DNA from: Fidelibacterota bacterium
GTDB taxonomy: Bacteria; Fidelibacterota; UBA2242; JAFGTP01
DNA: 64,000 nt
Direction of reading: 5' to 3'
Assembly: GCA_016934035.1 (NCBI GenBank)
Contig: JAFGTP010000009.1
Location: forward strand, 1,459-65,458
Shown: in pieces, positions 1 to 9,358 of the stretch
Layout of the letters: every line of letters begins with the position of its first letter
Numbering within the stretch: the first letter of the stretch is position 1
Notes under the pieces: model-generated
What the model was told of the DNA's origin: nothing
Seen by the model: only the letters and a program-made list of their open reading frames with translations
Databases searched by the model: none
Made by a program: the position numbers and the translations under genes

Positions 1-4
1 TACA

Positions 5-1561
5 TTGGAGGAAGTTGATCTTGTTGCTGTGCAAGTAAAATCCACACCACAGCAGGCTACCGTATTCATTGACAATATTGAAAAAGGCCAAACCGATTGC
101 GGCATCTGGCTCTATCCGGGAGAGTATGAATTGAAACTCTCAAAAACCGATTACCTGGATGCAAAAGAAACCATCAACGTTACCGAATCGGGAAATAATG
201 TTTTCAATTACAACCTGGTAAAAAATATCGGGACTTTATCACTCACTTTATCACCGTCAGATGCAACCATAAAACTCAACAATCGGATATATTCATCACA
301 TTCTATTGAACTGGTTCCCGGCAACTACCAACTGGAAGTCAGCAAGTCCGGCTACCTGCCTGTCAGCAAGTCAATCACGGTTGTACTGGGGGAAACTGTG
401 CGGGAAAATATCACCCTGACACGAAATGCCGGCTATCTGGATATATCAGTAACACCATCCGGTGCAAAAGTTTTAGTGAACAAAGAAGATCATTCCAACC
501 AGTCCCGAATAACCCTGGCACCGGGGCAATATAAAATCGAGATCAGCCAGCAAGGATACAGGGACATTTCAGAAGTTGTATCCATTGAATTGGGACGGGC
601 AATCTCAAAATCTTACAATCTTGAACAAATAACCGGTAATCTGCTTTTCAATATATCACCCCTGGAAGCGAAAGTGGAACTGAAAAGAAACGGACGGACA
701 ATAGAAAACTGGACAGGCATGAAATCCCTGAAAGACTTACCAATTGGTGAATATCAAGTATCATCTTCCGCCTCCGGCTACGACAACCAGTCCAAAACCA
801 TCACTATCAGCGAAAACAAAACCACCAATATTGATATCAAGATGGAAAAGCGGTCTGTAGCATCATCAAACTTAGGAGGTCAGCGAGACCTCGGAGGTTT
901 AAATTCCGGCAACAACATGATCCTGGTGAGAGGCGGCACTTTCCAGATGGGCAGCAATAATGGCGATAGCGATGAAAAACCGGTCCATAGCGTGACAGTG
1001 AATGACTTCTATATCAGCAAGTATGAAGTGACCTTCGCAGAGTATGATAAGTTCTGTGAAGCAACCAATCGAGAAAAACCGAGTGATGAAGGCTGGGGCC
1101 GTGGCAACCGCCCGGTGATCAATGTCACCTGGGATGATGCAGTGGCTTACTGCAAGTGGGCCGGCGGACGATTGCCCACCGAAGCAGAATGGGAATATGC
1201 AGCCCGGGGCGGTAACCAGAGCAGAGGCTACACCTATTCCGGCAACAATGATATAGATAAAGTCGCCTGGTACACCTCCAATAGTGGCAACAAAACTCAT
1301 CCGGTAGGTGAAAAACAAGCAAATGAATTGGGCATCTATGATATGACAGGCAATGTCTGGGAATGGTGCAGTGACTGGTATGGAACTTATCCATCATCCA
1401 GCCAGACTAATCCTGATGGTGCTGCATCGGGTTCGAGCCGTGTGCTTCGCGGCGGCAGTTGGTTCAATGACCAGTCGGGTTGCCGGGTGGCCAATCGCGG
1501 TAGGAATGGTCCTGAGGATCGCAGCAGCGGTATTGGCTTCCGCCTTGCCCATAGTTTATAG
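5..1561 (+). CDS. PEGA-repeat protein with C-terminal FGE-sulfatase (SUMF1/CLec-like) domain; 5' end probably lies outside the window
   Basis: Repeated PEGA-like units (VKSTPQQATVFID, ISVTPSGAKVLVN, ...PG.Y.LEVSK.GY), then FGE-family motifs FQMGS, PVINVTWDDA, RLPTEAEWEYAARGG, GIYDMTGNVWEW, RGGSW, GFR. The frame is open to the left edge. Confidence 0.9.
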   Translation: MEEVDLVAVQVKSTPQQATVFIDNIEKGQTDCGIWLYPGEYELKLSKTDYLDAKETINVTESGNNVFNYNLVKNIGTLSLTLSPSDATIKLNNRIYSSHSIELVPGNYQLEVSKSGYLPVSKSITVVLGETVRENITLTRNAGYLDISVTPSGAKVLVNKEDHSNQSRITLAPGQYKIEISQQGYRDISEVVSIELGRAISKSYNLEQITGNLLFNISPLEAKVELKRNGRTIENWTGMKSLKDLPIGEYQVSSSASGYDNQSKTITISENKTTNIDIKMEKRSVASSNLGGQRDLGGLNSGNNMILVRGGTFQMGSNNGDSDEKPVHSVTVNDFYISKYEVTFAEYDKFCEATNREKPSDEGWGRGNRPVINVTWDDAVAYCKWAGGRLPTEAEWEYAARGGNQSRGYTYSGNNDIDKVAWYTSNSGNKTHPVGEKQANELGIYDMTGNVWEWCSDWYGTYPSSSQTNPDGAASGSSRVLRGGSWFNDQSGCRVANRGRNGPEDRSSGIGFRLAHSL

Positions 1562-1632
1562 CGGCCATCCGGTATTGAGCAAAGAAATTGATAATGATTT
1601 TTGAATAAGGAACGTAGCGGAGCAGTGACGAT

Positions 1633-1992
1633 GTTCATGTAGAGCGAATATCTGATTCGCTTTTCCAATAGCCCGGCAGGGCGATTGGAACACTTTCGAA
1701 GTGACATCCCAAAAAGCCGCGCAAACCTCAATTAGTCGCAGCCATTGATTTTTCCCGTTCGGCAAAAATCAAAAACGATTATGGAAAATCGTTCCACAGT
1801 TCATGTAGAGCAAGTATCTGACTTGCTTATCAAATTCCTCCGATAGGAGAATTTGATTACTTTCGGAGTACGGAAAATAAAGTTTATGAACACTTTCGAA
1901 GTGGCAATCCAAAAAGCCACGCAAACATCGATTATTCACAGCCATTGATTTTTCCCGTTCGGCAAAAATCAAAAAGGATTATGGAAAATCGT
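1633..1992. repeat. Imperfect tandem duplication of a multi-hairpin REP/BIME-like unit
   Basis: 1633-1661 resembles 1799-1827 (GTAG followed by a 7-bp hairpin). 1688-1792 resembles 1888-1992 (105 nt each). Several internal palindromes. Confidence 0.8.
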
Positions 1993-2067
1993 ATTATTGA
2001 TGCCAAACAATTTGAAATATTGTTTTACAAAGTTAAATTCCATCGTATTACAAAAAAAAGGGTCATA

Positions 2068-3873
2068 ATGAAACGGATATTTTTTTCACTGCTTTTTGCT
2101 GCGGTATTATTTTCACAAACCTTTGATAAAAGTGAGATAGCAAACTCAGATCAGTATTATTACGGTGAAGGCATTTCCATAGTGGCAGACGAAGCCCGTG
2201 ACAAAGCCCTCGCAGAACTCACCAGCCAGATCGCTGTGCGGGTATCATCCACCTTCAAGGAAAAACTCAGCGAAAGCAACCGGGAATTGCAGGAAAAAAC
2301 TGAAAAGGTCCTGGAGACCTACAGTGCCGCCACCCTAAACAATGTCAATATTCAGAAATTCCCTGCCGGCAATAGACAGGTGGGTGTCTTTTGTTACCTG
2401 AAGAAAAGCGAAGTGGAAAAGATTTTCAATGAACGTCGTAAACTGATCTCAGAAATCTTCGCTAAAGCGGAGCAATTCGAAAAAGAATACAACTTTGCTT
2501 ATGCCCTCAAACTCTATTACTTCACCACGATCCTGATGAATTCTCTGCCAGACCAGCAGGTGAAATACAACAATGTCAACTACAGTGTGGAAGTCCCCGA
2601 TAAGATCAATGGCATCATTCTCCGGACAAAATTCCAGTACATCGATGAAAGAATGGCATCGGACAAGGAACGGGAAGTCACCCTGCAGCTGACCAACAAA
2701 AACCATGAAATTTCTTTATTGGATTTTACTTTCTGGGACGGTAAAAACCAGGTAGCCGTCACCGCCCGTGATGGTATTGCCACCGTCAGCCTGCTGGGAA
2801 GTAGTGTCACCTTTGATGAATTAAAACTTAATATCAAGTACCAGTATTATGAATGCCGGGACGAGTATAAAACCATTTCGGAACTATGGAACCTGGTCAA
2901 TAAACCCACTTTCAAAAGTGATTGTCTTGTGCCTTTAAAATTAACCCAAAAATCTAAGCAGGCGACAGAGCAATCATCTTACACCCATGCCAAAGACTTC
3001 AACCTCAATCTTGTCTGTGAAGACCCGTTGAATGTAGGCGAAGCAATCACCCAGTCAACCATCCGGTTTCTGTCAAACCTGGAAGCCAACACAACCGATT
3101 ACGACAATGATGAATTTCTCAAAATTAAAATTCGGGACTATATGGGATACAACCATCCATCGGTGACCCATAAAAATATCGAAGCCCGAATCAATAAAAC
3201 TGAAACCGGCTGGGAATTGCGCCGAATACCGGTACTGCACAAATATCCATCCATGAACCGTCAGAGCCTGGAATTCCTGGTGCTGGACTTTGATTCTGCC
3301 GGTGTCTTGCAGGACTTCAATATCGCAGTAAATGAATTTCTGTATGAAAAATTCGCCAAAGCCGGTGAATACGGCAGCGACTGGCACAACCGCCATGAGA
3401 TCATCAAGTTCCTGGAAAAATACCGCACGGCCTACATGGTCCGGGATATCAGGACCGTGGATATGATGTTTGCCGAAGATGCCCTGATCATTGTGGGACG
3501 TAAGATCGAAAAGACCAAACTGCCACCGGACATGGTACGATATAACAAATTGGGCAAAGAACCGGACTATGAATATCTGCGCTTCACCAAGGAAGAATAC
3601 CTGAAACGCCAGCAACAAATATTTGAATTGCAAAATGATATTCTGCTGGATTTTGCTTCCTTCAGCATCAACCGCAAAAACAAAACACCGAACATCTATG
3701 GTGTGGAAATGCGGCAGAATTATTTCTCAACCACCTATTCCGATGAAGGGTACTTGTTCCTGTTAATTGACTTTTCAGATGTTGACCCGTTGATTTACGT
3801 GCGCGCCTGGCAGCCCAATACCTGGAGCGAGGACGAACTAATCCGGACAGCGAATTTTAGGATTTATAAATGA
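2068..3873 (+). CDS. Secreted protein with LPP20-like N-terminal domain and uncharacterised C-terminal domain
   Basis: Signal peptide MKRIFFSLLFAAVLFSQ from ATG 2068 (in frame with track ORF 1945). YYYGEG...ARDKALAELTSQIAVRVSS is LPP20-like. Confidence 0.65.
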   Translation: MKRIFFSLLFAAVLFSQTFDKSEIANSDQYYYGEGISIVADEARDKALAELTSQIAVRVSSTFKEKLSESNRELQEKTEKVLETYSAATLNNVNIQKFPAGNRQVGVFCYLKKSEVEKIFNERRKLISEIFAKAEQFEKEYNFAYALKLYYFTTILMNSLPDQQVKYNNVNYSVEVPDKINGIILRTKFQYIDERMASDKEREVTLQLTNKNHEISLLDFTFWDGKNQVAVTARDGIATVSLLGSSVTFDELKLNIKYQYYECRDEYKTISELWNLVNKPTFKSDCLVPLKLTQKSKQATEQSSYTHAKDFNLNLVCEDPLNVGEAITQSTIRFLSNLEANTTDYDNDEFLKIKIRDYMGYNHPSVTHKNIEARINKTETGWELRRIPVLHKYPSMNRQSLEFLVLDFDSAGVLQDFNIAVNEFLYEKFAKAGEYGSDWHNRHEIIKFLEKYRTAYMVRDIRTVDMMFAEDALIIVGRKIEKTKLPPDMVRYNKLGKEPDYEYLRFTKEEYLKRQQQIFELQNDILLDFASFSINRKNKTPNIYGVEMRQNYFSTTYSDEGYLFLLIDFSDVDPLIYVRAWQPNTWSEDELIRTANFRIYK

Positions 3874-3956
3874 TCAGGAATCAACATCTCAAATAAAATG
3901 AAACCAGCACCTCTGTTTTGTCTTTGTAGCCCCGATGAATTAGACCAAAGGTTTGA

Positions 3957-4163
3957 TCATTCCCCTGCAATCCGGATAAAAATCTTTCGGTTTCCGGGTC
4001 GGTTATCATGGTCAATGACAACGATTTGTTGCCAGGTCCTGATGGCAGAGACCAAAATAATACCATCGTCCAGGCCTGATTTGCGGATAATTTTTTGCAC
4101 CTCACCGGTGATATGGACAATATTTGAAAACCCCTTTGTTGTCATGAAAAGCACTTCATTCAA
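3957..4163 (-). pseudogene. yjbQ: YjbQ/UPF0047 family gene with an in-frame internal deletion
   Basis: N-terminus (TTKGFSNIVHITGEVQKIIRKSGLDDGIILV) joins directly to the C-terminal motif (TWQQIVVIDHDNRPGNR...IAGE). 68 aa versus about 135-140 aa typical; SD GAGGAG upstream. Confidence 0.7.
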
Positions 4164-4266
4164 TACTTTAGAAAATTCTCCTCAATTTTAAAAAAGATAA
4201 TTAAAATCTGGTTTCTGAATGTTTTAATTTCTAATTTTAACTCCGATAAATAAAAATAAAATAGGA

Positions 4267-4300
4267 GCCTTTTAAATCTAACCCGTGAGTTGGCAAAGGC
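4267..4300 (+). promoter_or_regulatory. PyrR-binding RNA stem-loop (pyr attenuator leader)
   Basis: GCCTTTTAAATCTAACCCGTGAGTTGGCAAAGGC resembles the PyrR-binding loop layout (CUUUAA...CCGUGAG...AAGG) and lies directly upstream of pyrR. Confidence 0.75.
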
Positions 4301-4316
4301 AAAATAATAAAAATGT

Positions 4317-4360
4317 AAATCTACCAGTTGCCCCAAAAGCAGCCCGGTAGATTTTTTTTT
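4317..4360 (+). terminator. Attenuator intrinsic terminator upstream of pyrR
   Basis: AAATCTACC...GGTAGATTT stem followed by a T run, just before the pyrR SD (AAGGAG). Confidence 0.8.
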
Positions 4361-4370
4361 ATAAGGAGAA

Positions 4371-4925
4371 ATGATGCAATTCAAAGAAAAATCTAAAATG
4401 GCAGATGCCAAAGACCTGAACAGGACACTGAACAGATTGGCGCATGAGATACTTGAAAAAAACAAAGGTTCAGAAAACCTGGCTGTCATTGGTATCAGGA
4501 CCCGGGGCGAATTTTTGGCCAAAAGAATCGCAGACAAGATCCGGGAAATTGAGAAAAAAGACATTCCGGTCGGGGTCCTGGATGTGGTCATGTACCGGGA
4601 TGATTTTCGGGTCAAACATAAATTACCGGCTGTGGAAGTGACGGATATACCTTTTGATATTGATGAAAAAATCCTGATTCTGGTGGATGATGTGGTCTAT
4701 ACCGGAAGAACTGTCCGTGCTGCTCTGGATGCATTGATTGATTTTGGACGGGCCTCAAAAATTCAACTGGCCTGCCTGGTGGACCGCGGCCATCGCGAAA
4801 TGCCCATCAAGGCCGATTATGTCGGTAAAAACTTTCCCACCGCCGATGATGAGGAAATTCGCGTGAAAGTCACTGAAATTGATGATGAAGACGCCATTCT
4901 ATTAGTGCAACGAATTGAAGAATAA
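4371..4925 (+). CDS. pyrR: Bifunctional pyr operon regulator / uracil phosphoribosyltransferase
   Basis: LNRLAHEILE, GIRTRG, LVDDVVYTGRTVRAALDAL, VDRGHREMPIKADYVGKN. Confidence 0.96.
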   Translation: MMQFKEKSKMADAKDLNRTLNRLAHEILEKNKGSENLAVIGIRTRGEFLAKRIADKIREIEKKDIPVGVLDVVMYRDDFRVKHKLPAVEVTDIPFDIDEKILILVDDVVYTGRTVRAALDALIDFGRASKIQLACLVDRGHREMPIKADYVGKNFPTADDEEIRVKVTEIDDEDAILLVQRIEE

Positions 4926-4941
4926 TAATAAGGGGTGACTG

Positions 4942-5865
4942 ATGAATTTAAGCATAAAACATTTAATCGGGCTGGAAGGTGTTCCCAGAGAAGATCTCGA
5001 TATCATTTTTGATACTTCCTTTTCTTTTCGGGAAGTGCTTGAACGTCCGGTCAAAAAGGTTCCGACACTAAAAGGTAAAACCATTGTGAACCTGTTCTTT
5101 GAGAACTCAACCAGGACCAAAATGTCCTTTGACCTTGCCGAAAAAAGATTGTCCGCCGATTCCATCAGTTTCGCAGCCAGTTCAAGCAGTTTGAGCAAAG
5201 GTGAGACTTTCAAAGACACGATAAAAAACATTCACGCCATGAAAATTGATGCTGTGGTCATGCGTCATCCAACACCGGGTTCGGCAAAATTACTCTCCCA
5301 GTTTGTCGATGCTGTTATCATCAACGCCGGAGACGGGACCCACGAGCATCCGACCCAGGCGATTTTGGATATGATGTCCATCAAAGAAAAATTTGGAGAT
5401 TTCAAGGGGCTTAAAGTATCTATCATCGGTGATATTCTTCACAGCCGCGTGGCCTTATCCAATATTTACGGCTTGAAAACAATGGGGGCCGAGCTGATGG
5501 TCTGCGGGCCGCCAACATTCATGCCCAAGGGGATTGAGCACCTGGGGGTCCGGGTGACCCACAATATTATGGAAGCCCTGGAGTGGAGCGATGTCATCAA
5601 TGTATTGCGAATCCAGATGGAGCGGCAGGGAAAATCACTGATACCATCATTGAAAGAGTATCGTGAAGTTTTCGGAATCACCCGAGAGAAATTGGAGAAA
5701 ATCCACAAAAACCTCACGATCATGCATCCGGGCCCCATCAATCGCGGTGTTGAGATTGATTCCGAAATAGCAGACAGTGAACATTCCATCATCCTGCACC
5801 AGGTCCTGAATGGTGTCGCTTCAAGAATGGCGATCCTCTACCTGCTGGTTGGTGGTTTAAAATAA
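4942..5865 (+). CDS. pyrB: Aspartate carbamoyltransferase catalytic subunit
   Basis: FFENSTRT, NAGDGTHEHPTQA, MHPGPINRGVEI. Confidence 0.97.
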   Translation: MNLSIKHLIGLEGVPREDLDIIFDTSFSFREVLERPVKKVPTLKGKTIVNLFFENSTRTKMSFDLAEKRLSADSISFAASSSSLSKGETFKDTIKNIHAMKIDAVVMRHPTPGSAKLLSQFVDAVIINAGDGTHEHPTQAILDMMSIKEKFGDFKGLKVSIIGDILHSRVALSNIYGLKTMGAELMVCGPPTFMPKGIEHLGVRVTHNIMEALEWSDVINVLRIQMERQGKSLIPSLKEYREVFGITREKLEKIHKNLTIMHPGPINRGVEIDSEIADSEHSIILHQVLNGVASRMAILYLLVGGLK

Positions 5866-5882
5866 ACTATCCGGAGAAAACT

Positions 5883-7175
5883 ATGCATATCCATGAATTT
5901 AACGGAAAACTATTACTGAAAAACGGCACGATCCTCGATCCGTTTAATAATCAAGAATATAAAAGCGATATCCTGTTTGAAAAGGGTGTTATTGCAGAAA
6001 TCGGTGAAAACCTTAGCGAAGCCGGCATGGATAAGGTGCTCGATGCTTCCAAAATGTATGTCTCGCCGGGTTTTGTGGATATCCATGTCCATTTTCGGGA
6101 ACCGGGGAATGAGATCGCAGAGACCCTGGAATCGGGAGCAAAAGCAGCCCTTGCCGGGGGCTTTACAAAAGTCTGCACCATGCCCAATACCTCACCCTGT
6201 GTAGATAATGAAGCGGAAGTCCTGGCTGTTTATCGCAAAACCGCTCACCTGCCTACAGATGTATATCCCATTGCCGCAATTACCCAGGGACGGGAAGGGA
6301 AAGTCATTACAGAAATGGCGATTCTGAAAAGGGCCGGTGCTGTGGGTTTTTCCGATGACGGCACACCCCTGGCCAACGGACAAATTTTACGAAATGCCCT
6401 GGAATATTCCCAGATTACCGGAAATGCCATTATCAATCATGCCGAAGACCCGGAATTGCGGGGAAATGGTATTATGAATGAAGGCCTGGCGTCGACACAA
6501 ACCGGACTTCCCGGCAATCCCTCTATCGCCGAAGAAACCATGATCAACCGGGATATCGAAGTTGCCAGGTTTACAGGCGGAAGACTCCATGTCCCGCATG
6601 TATCTACTGCCGGCTCTGTGGATCTCATTAGACGGGCCAAGGCTACAGGTGTCCATATAACAGCAGAAGTTACGCCCCATCATCTCTCTCTCACTGATGA
6701 ATATATGAAAACTTTTGATGCCAACGGCAAGGTCGCACCGCCGCTGCGTACGGAAAATGACAGGAAAGCCCTGATTGCTGGTCTGAAGGATGGGACCATT
6801 GACGCTATTGCCACCGACCATGCCCCCCATGTCATTGATGTCAAAGAAACGACTCTGGATCTGGCTTCTTTCGGCATGATCGGTCTGGAATCCGCCTTTG
6901 GATTGATAATGACAAAATTATATCACGAAGAGCAGATGCCCTTGTTGGATATCATCAAAAAACTGACAATCAATCCGGCCAAAATCATGAACCTGACATT
7001 ACCTGAATTTAAGGTGGGAGAAAAGGCCAATGTGACTGTTTTCAGTGCTGATGAGTGGTGGGTTTTCAGCCGTAAAAATGTGGAGTCCCGTTCCCATAAC
7101 TCACCCTTTTTCGGGACGGAGATGACCGGGAAAGCAAAACTCATTGTGAAAGATAATTTTATTGTAAATTGCTAG
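5883..7175 (+). CDS. pyrC: Dihydroorotase (type I)
   Basis: DIHVHFREPG, CTMPNT, AEVTPHHL, KVAPPLR, ATDHAPH. Confidence 0.95.
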   Translation: MHIHEFNGKLLLKNGTILDPFNNQEYKSDILFEKGVIAEIGENLSEAGMDKVLDASKMYVSPGFVDIHVHFREPGNEIAETLESGAKAALAGGFTKVCTMPNTSPCVDNEAEVLAVYRKTAHLPTDVYPIAAITQGREGKVITEMAILKRAGAVGFSDDGTPLANGQILRNALEYSQITGNAIINHAEDPELRGNGIMNEGLASTQTGLPGNPSIAEETMINRDIEVARFTGGRLHVPHVSTAGSVDLIRRAKATGVHITAEVTPHHLSLTDEYMKTFDANGKVAPPLRTENDRKALIAGLKDGTIDAIATDHAPHVIDVKETTLDLASFGMIGLESAFGLIMTKLYHEEQMPLLDIIKKLTINPAKIMNLTLPEFKVGEKANVTVFSADEWWVFSRKNVESRSHNSPFFGTEMTGKAKLIVKDNFIVNC

Positions 7176-7181
7176 CCGTTG

Positions 7182-7218
7182 AATCTGGTTCCTGAAATCA
7201 ATTCAGGGACCAGATTTT
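7182..7218. terminator. Hairpin between convergent pyrC and yitJ-like genes (terminator or REP-derived palindrome)
   Basis: AATCTGGTTCCTGAA-ATCAA-TTCAGGGACCAGATT followed by TT. Confidence 0.6.
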
Positions 7219-7337
7219 AGTCAGGACAGGGCCTTTTGAAAATAAAAATGAAAGATGGCACACGAAGAGCATTATTTATTCTTTTTATCGTTCTGATACT
7301 GGCAATCCTGGTGGTAAAAATCTGGGGATGCTGATGC

Positions 7338-9164
7338 TCACTTTTTCAAAACTTCCAGAACTTGCAAGGGAAATTTAACATTTCCAAAAGGCATTGATAT
7401 TTGCACGCCCTGGACCTGGTCTTTGATATCCAGGATGGTCTGCTGAGCAATCTGAATGCCTGTTTCCTGGGCTTCTTCTTTTGATTTTGCTGCTTTCATT
7501 TTTTCCATGATATCAGCCGATACTGAAGCGCCGGGAACTTCATTGTTCATGAATTCCGCATTGCGCAGGCTGACCAGAGGCCAGACACCGGCTATGACTG
7601 GAATTTTATAGGGTCTGACATGGTCGAGAAACCGGCTTAAAATTTCAAGGTCAAAAACCGGCTGGGTGATAAAATATTCAGCGCCGGCCTTGATCTTCCT
7701 CTCAAATCGTTTCATCTCAAGACCAATGTCCAGGGCACCGGGATTGACACCGGCACCGATGAGATATTGAGTCGGCTCACCGATGGAATTTCCGCCGATA
7801 TCCCGGCCATTATTAAGATTATTGGCAATGGTAATGAGGCCGATGGAATCCACATCAAAGACTGCTGTCGCGTCGGGAAGGTCACCCATTTTTGGCGGAT
7901 CGCCGGTGATCAGCAGCAGGTTTCGTATGCCAATGGCATGAATACCGATAAAGTCAGAAATGATACCCAGTAGATTTCTGTCTCTGGCAGTATAGTGCAG
8001 GACCGGCTCAATGCCGGCCTTGTCGAGAATTTCTTTGGCGATAAAGGGCGCCCCCATTCTCGATGAAGCACGTGGCCCGTCGGGCAGATTGATACAGTGG
8101 ACCCCTGCGCTCCTGAGGGTCCTTGCAGTGGTCAGGGATTTTTCGGTATTGATGCCTCGCGGCGGCACCATTTCAACAGCACAGATAAATTCATTGGAAT
8201 AAAGTTTTGCTGCCAGCCCTGATTTGGTGGCCGGATCAATTTTGTTTTTTATTTCTTCTTTATCTTCAGGAATTTTTAAATCAATAATTTCTTTTTTGGG
8301 TTGAAAAGAAGAAATGGCATGTTTGATGGTTTTAATGTGCTCCGGCGTGGTGCCGCAACAACCGCCGATGACCCGGGCGCCTGATTGTATAAACCGTCTG
8401 GAATATTCCGCCAGATATTCGCTGGATGTGAGATAGAGTTTTCTGCCGTTGATTTGTTGCGGATATCCGGCATTGGGCAGAATGGAGATAGGTTTTTTTG
8501 TCAGATGATTGATTTTTTCCAGGGCTTCGTGCATTACTTTGGGGCCCACACTGCAATTCAATCCGATGATGTCGGCATCGCTCCGGTCGAGAGTCGAGAT
8601 AATCTCCTCAACACGAATACCGTAAATAGTAAAGAGGTTATCATTGATGGTCATCTGGGCAATGACCGGAATATTTTTTAGTTGCTTGGCAACAGTGACG
8701 GCCAGCAATAGTTCCTGAAGATCAAAAAAAGTCTCAAAAATAATGGCATCAGCTCCTGCTTCCATTATGGGCATCAACTGTTCACGGTAGGCTTTTTTAA
8801 ATTTTTCACGGTTTTCTTTTTGTAGTTTTTTCCCCAAAGGGCCGACACTGCCAATGACATAAACATTATCACCGGCAACTTCTTTGGCTATTTTGACGCC
8901 CTGGTAATTGATATCATAGATTTTTTCTTCAAGCCCGTAAGGCTGCAGTTTATAATGATTGGCCCCAAAGGTGTTGGTCTCAATGGCTTTGGCGCCGGCT
9001 TCGATAAAATCCCGATGGATTTCCCTGATCAGTTGGGGCCGGGAAAGATTGAGTTCATCATAGCACTGGTTGATAAACACGCCCCGGGCATAAATTTCAG
9101 TTCCCATACCGCCATCAAACAAGAGGATGTTGGATTGGATATATTCCAGTAAATTCTGCTTCAA
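7338..9164 (-). CDS. yitJ: Bifunctional homocysteine S-methyltransferase / methylenetetrahydrofolate reductase
   Basis: LFDGGMGT, ETNTFGAN, GLNCSVGP, GGCCGTTPEHI, then an MTHFR domain (NLLLITGDPPKMGD, ITQPVFD). Confidence 0.92.
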   Translation of the reverse strand: MKQNLLEYIQSNILLFDGGMGTEIYARGVFINQCYDELNLSRPQLIREIHRDFIEAGAKAIETNTFGANHYKLQPYGLEEKIYDINYQGVKIAKEVAGDNVYVIGSVGPLGKKLQKENREKFKKAYREQLMPIMEAGADAIIFETFFDLQELLLAVTVAKQLKNIPVIAQMTINDNLFTIYGIRVEEIISTLDRSDADIIGLNCSVGPKVMHEALEKINHLTKKPISILPNAGYPQQINGRKLYLTSSEYLAEYSRRFIQSGARVIGGCCGTTPEHIKTIKHAISSFQPKKEIIDLKIPEDKEEIKNKIDPATKSGLAAKLYSNEFICAVEMVPPRGINTEKSLTTARTLRSAGVHCINLPDGPRASSRMGAPFIAKEILDKAGIEPVLHYTARDRNLLGIISDFIGIHAIGIRNLLLITGDPPKMGDLPDATAVFDVDSIGLITIANNLNNGRDIGGNSIGEPTQYLIGAGVNPGALDIGLEMKRFERKIKAGAEYFITQPVFDLEILSRFLDHVRPYKIPVIAGVWPLVSLRNAEFMNNEVPGASVSADIMEKMKAAKSKEEAQETGIQIAQQTILDIKDQVQGVQISMPFGNVKFPLQVLEVLKK

Positions 9165-9358
9165 ATTAGCCTCACTTGTTGGTTTTATAAAATCAGTCGA
9201 AATGTTGTAATTCAGAATTTACAAATGTTTTCAAAAAATAAAAATCCAATATCCAGGGTCAGAAGTGTAAAAAATATGTCAATTTCCAGAGTAACCTTGC
9301 TTATTGACCGGTAAAATAATTATATTGAAGTCCGCTGCAACATAGAAAAGAGGATATT

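Noticed and set aside
5-1561. True formylglycine-generating enzyme (also considered for 61082-62071)
   Set aside because: Both lack the catalytic CxxYCxRYR-type motif; they are FGE-fold domains only.
1769-1972. Short minus-strand ORFs over the duplicated element
   Set aside because: The equivalent frame in the other copy contains a stop; these are by-products of the repeat.
1633-1992. CRISPR array
   Set aside because: Only two long imperfect copies, no regular repeat-spacer period, no cas genes.
9165-9358. SAM riboswitch upstream of the yitJ-like gene
   Set aside because: No SAM-I core (AUC...GAG, GCAACC, GUGC) found; the region looks like divergent promoters.
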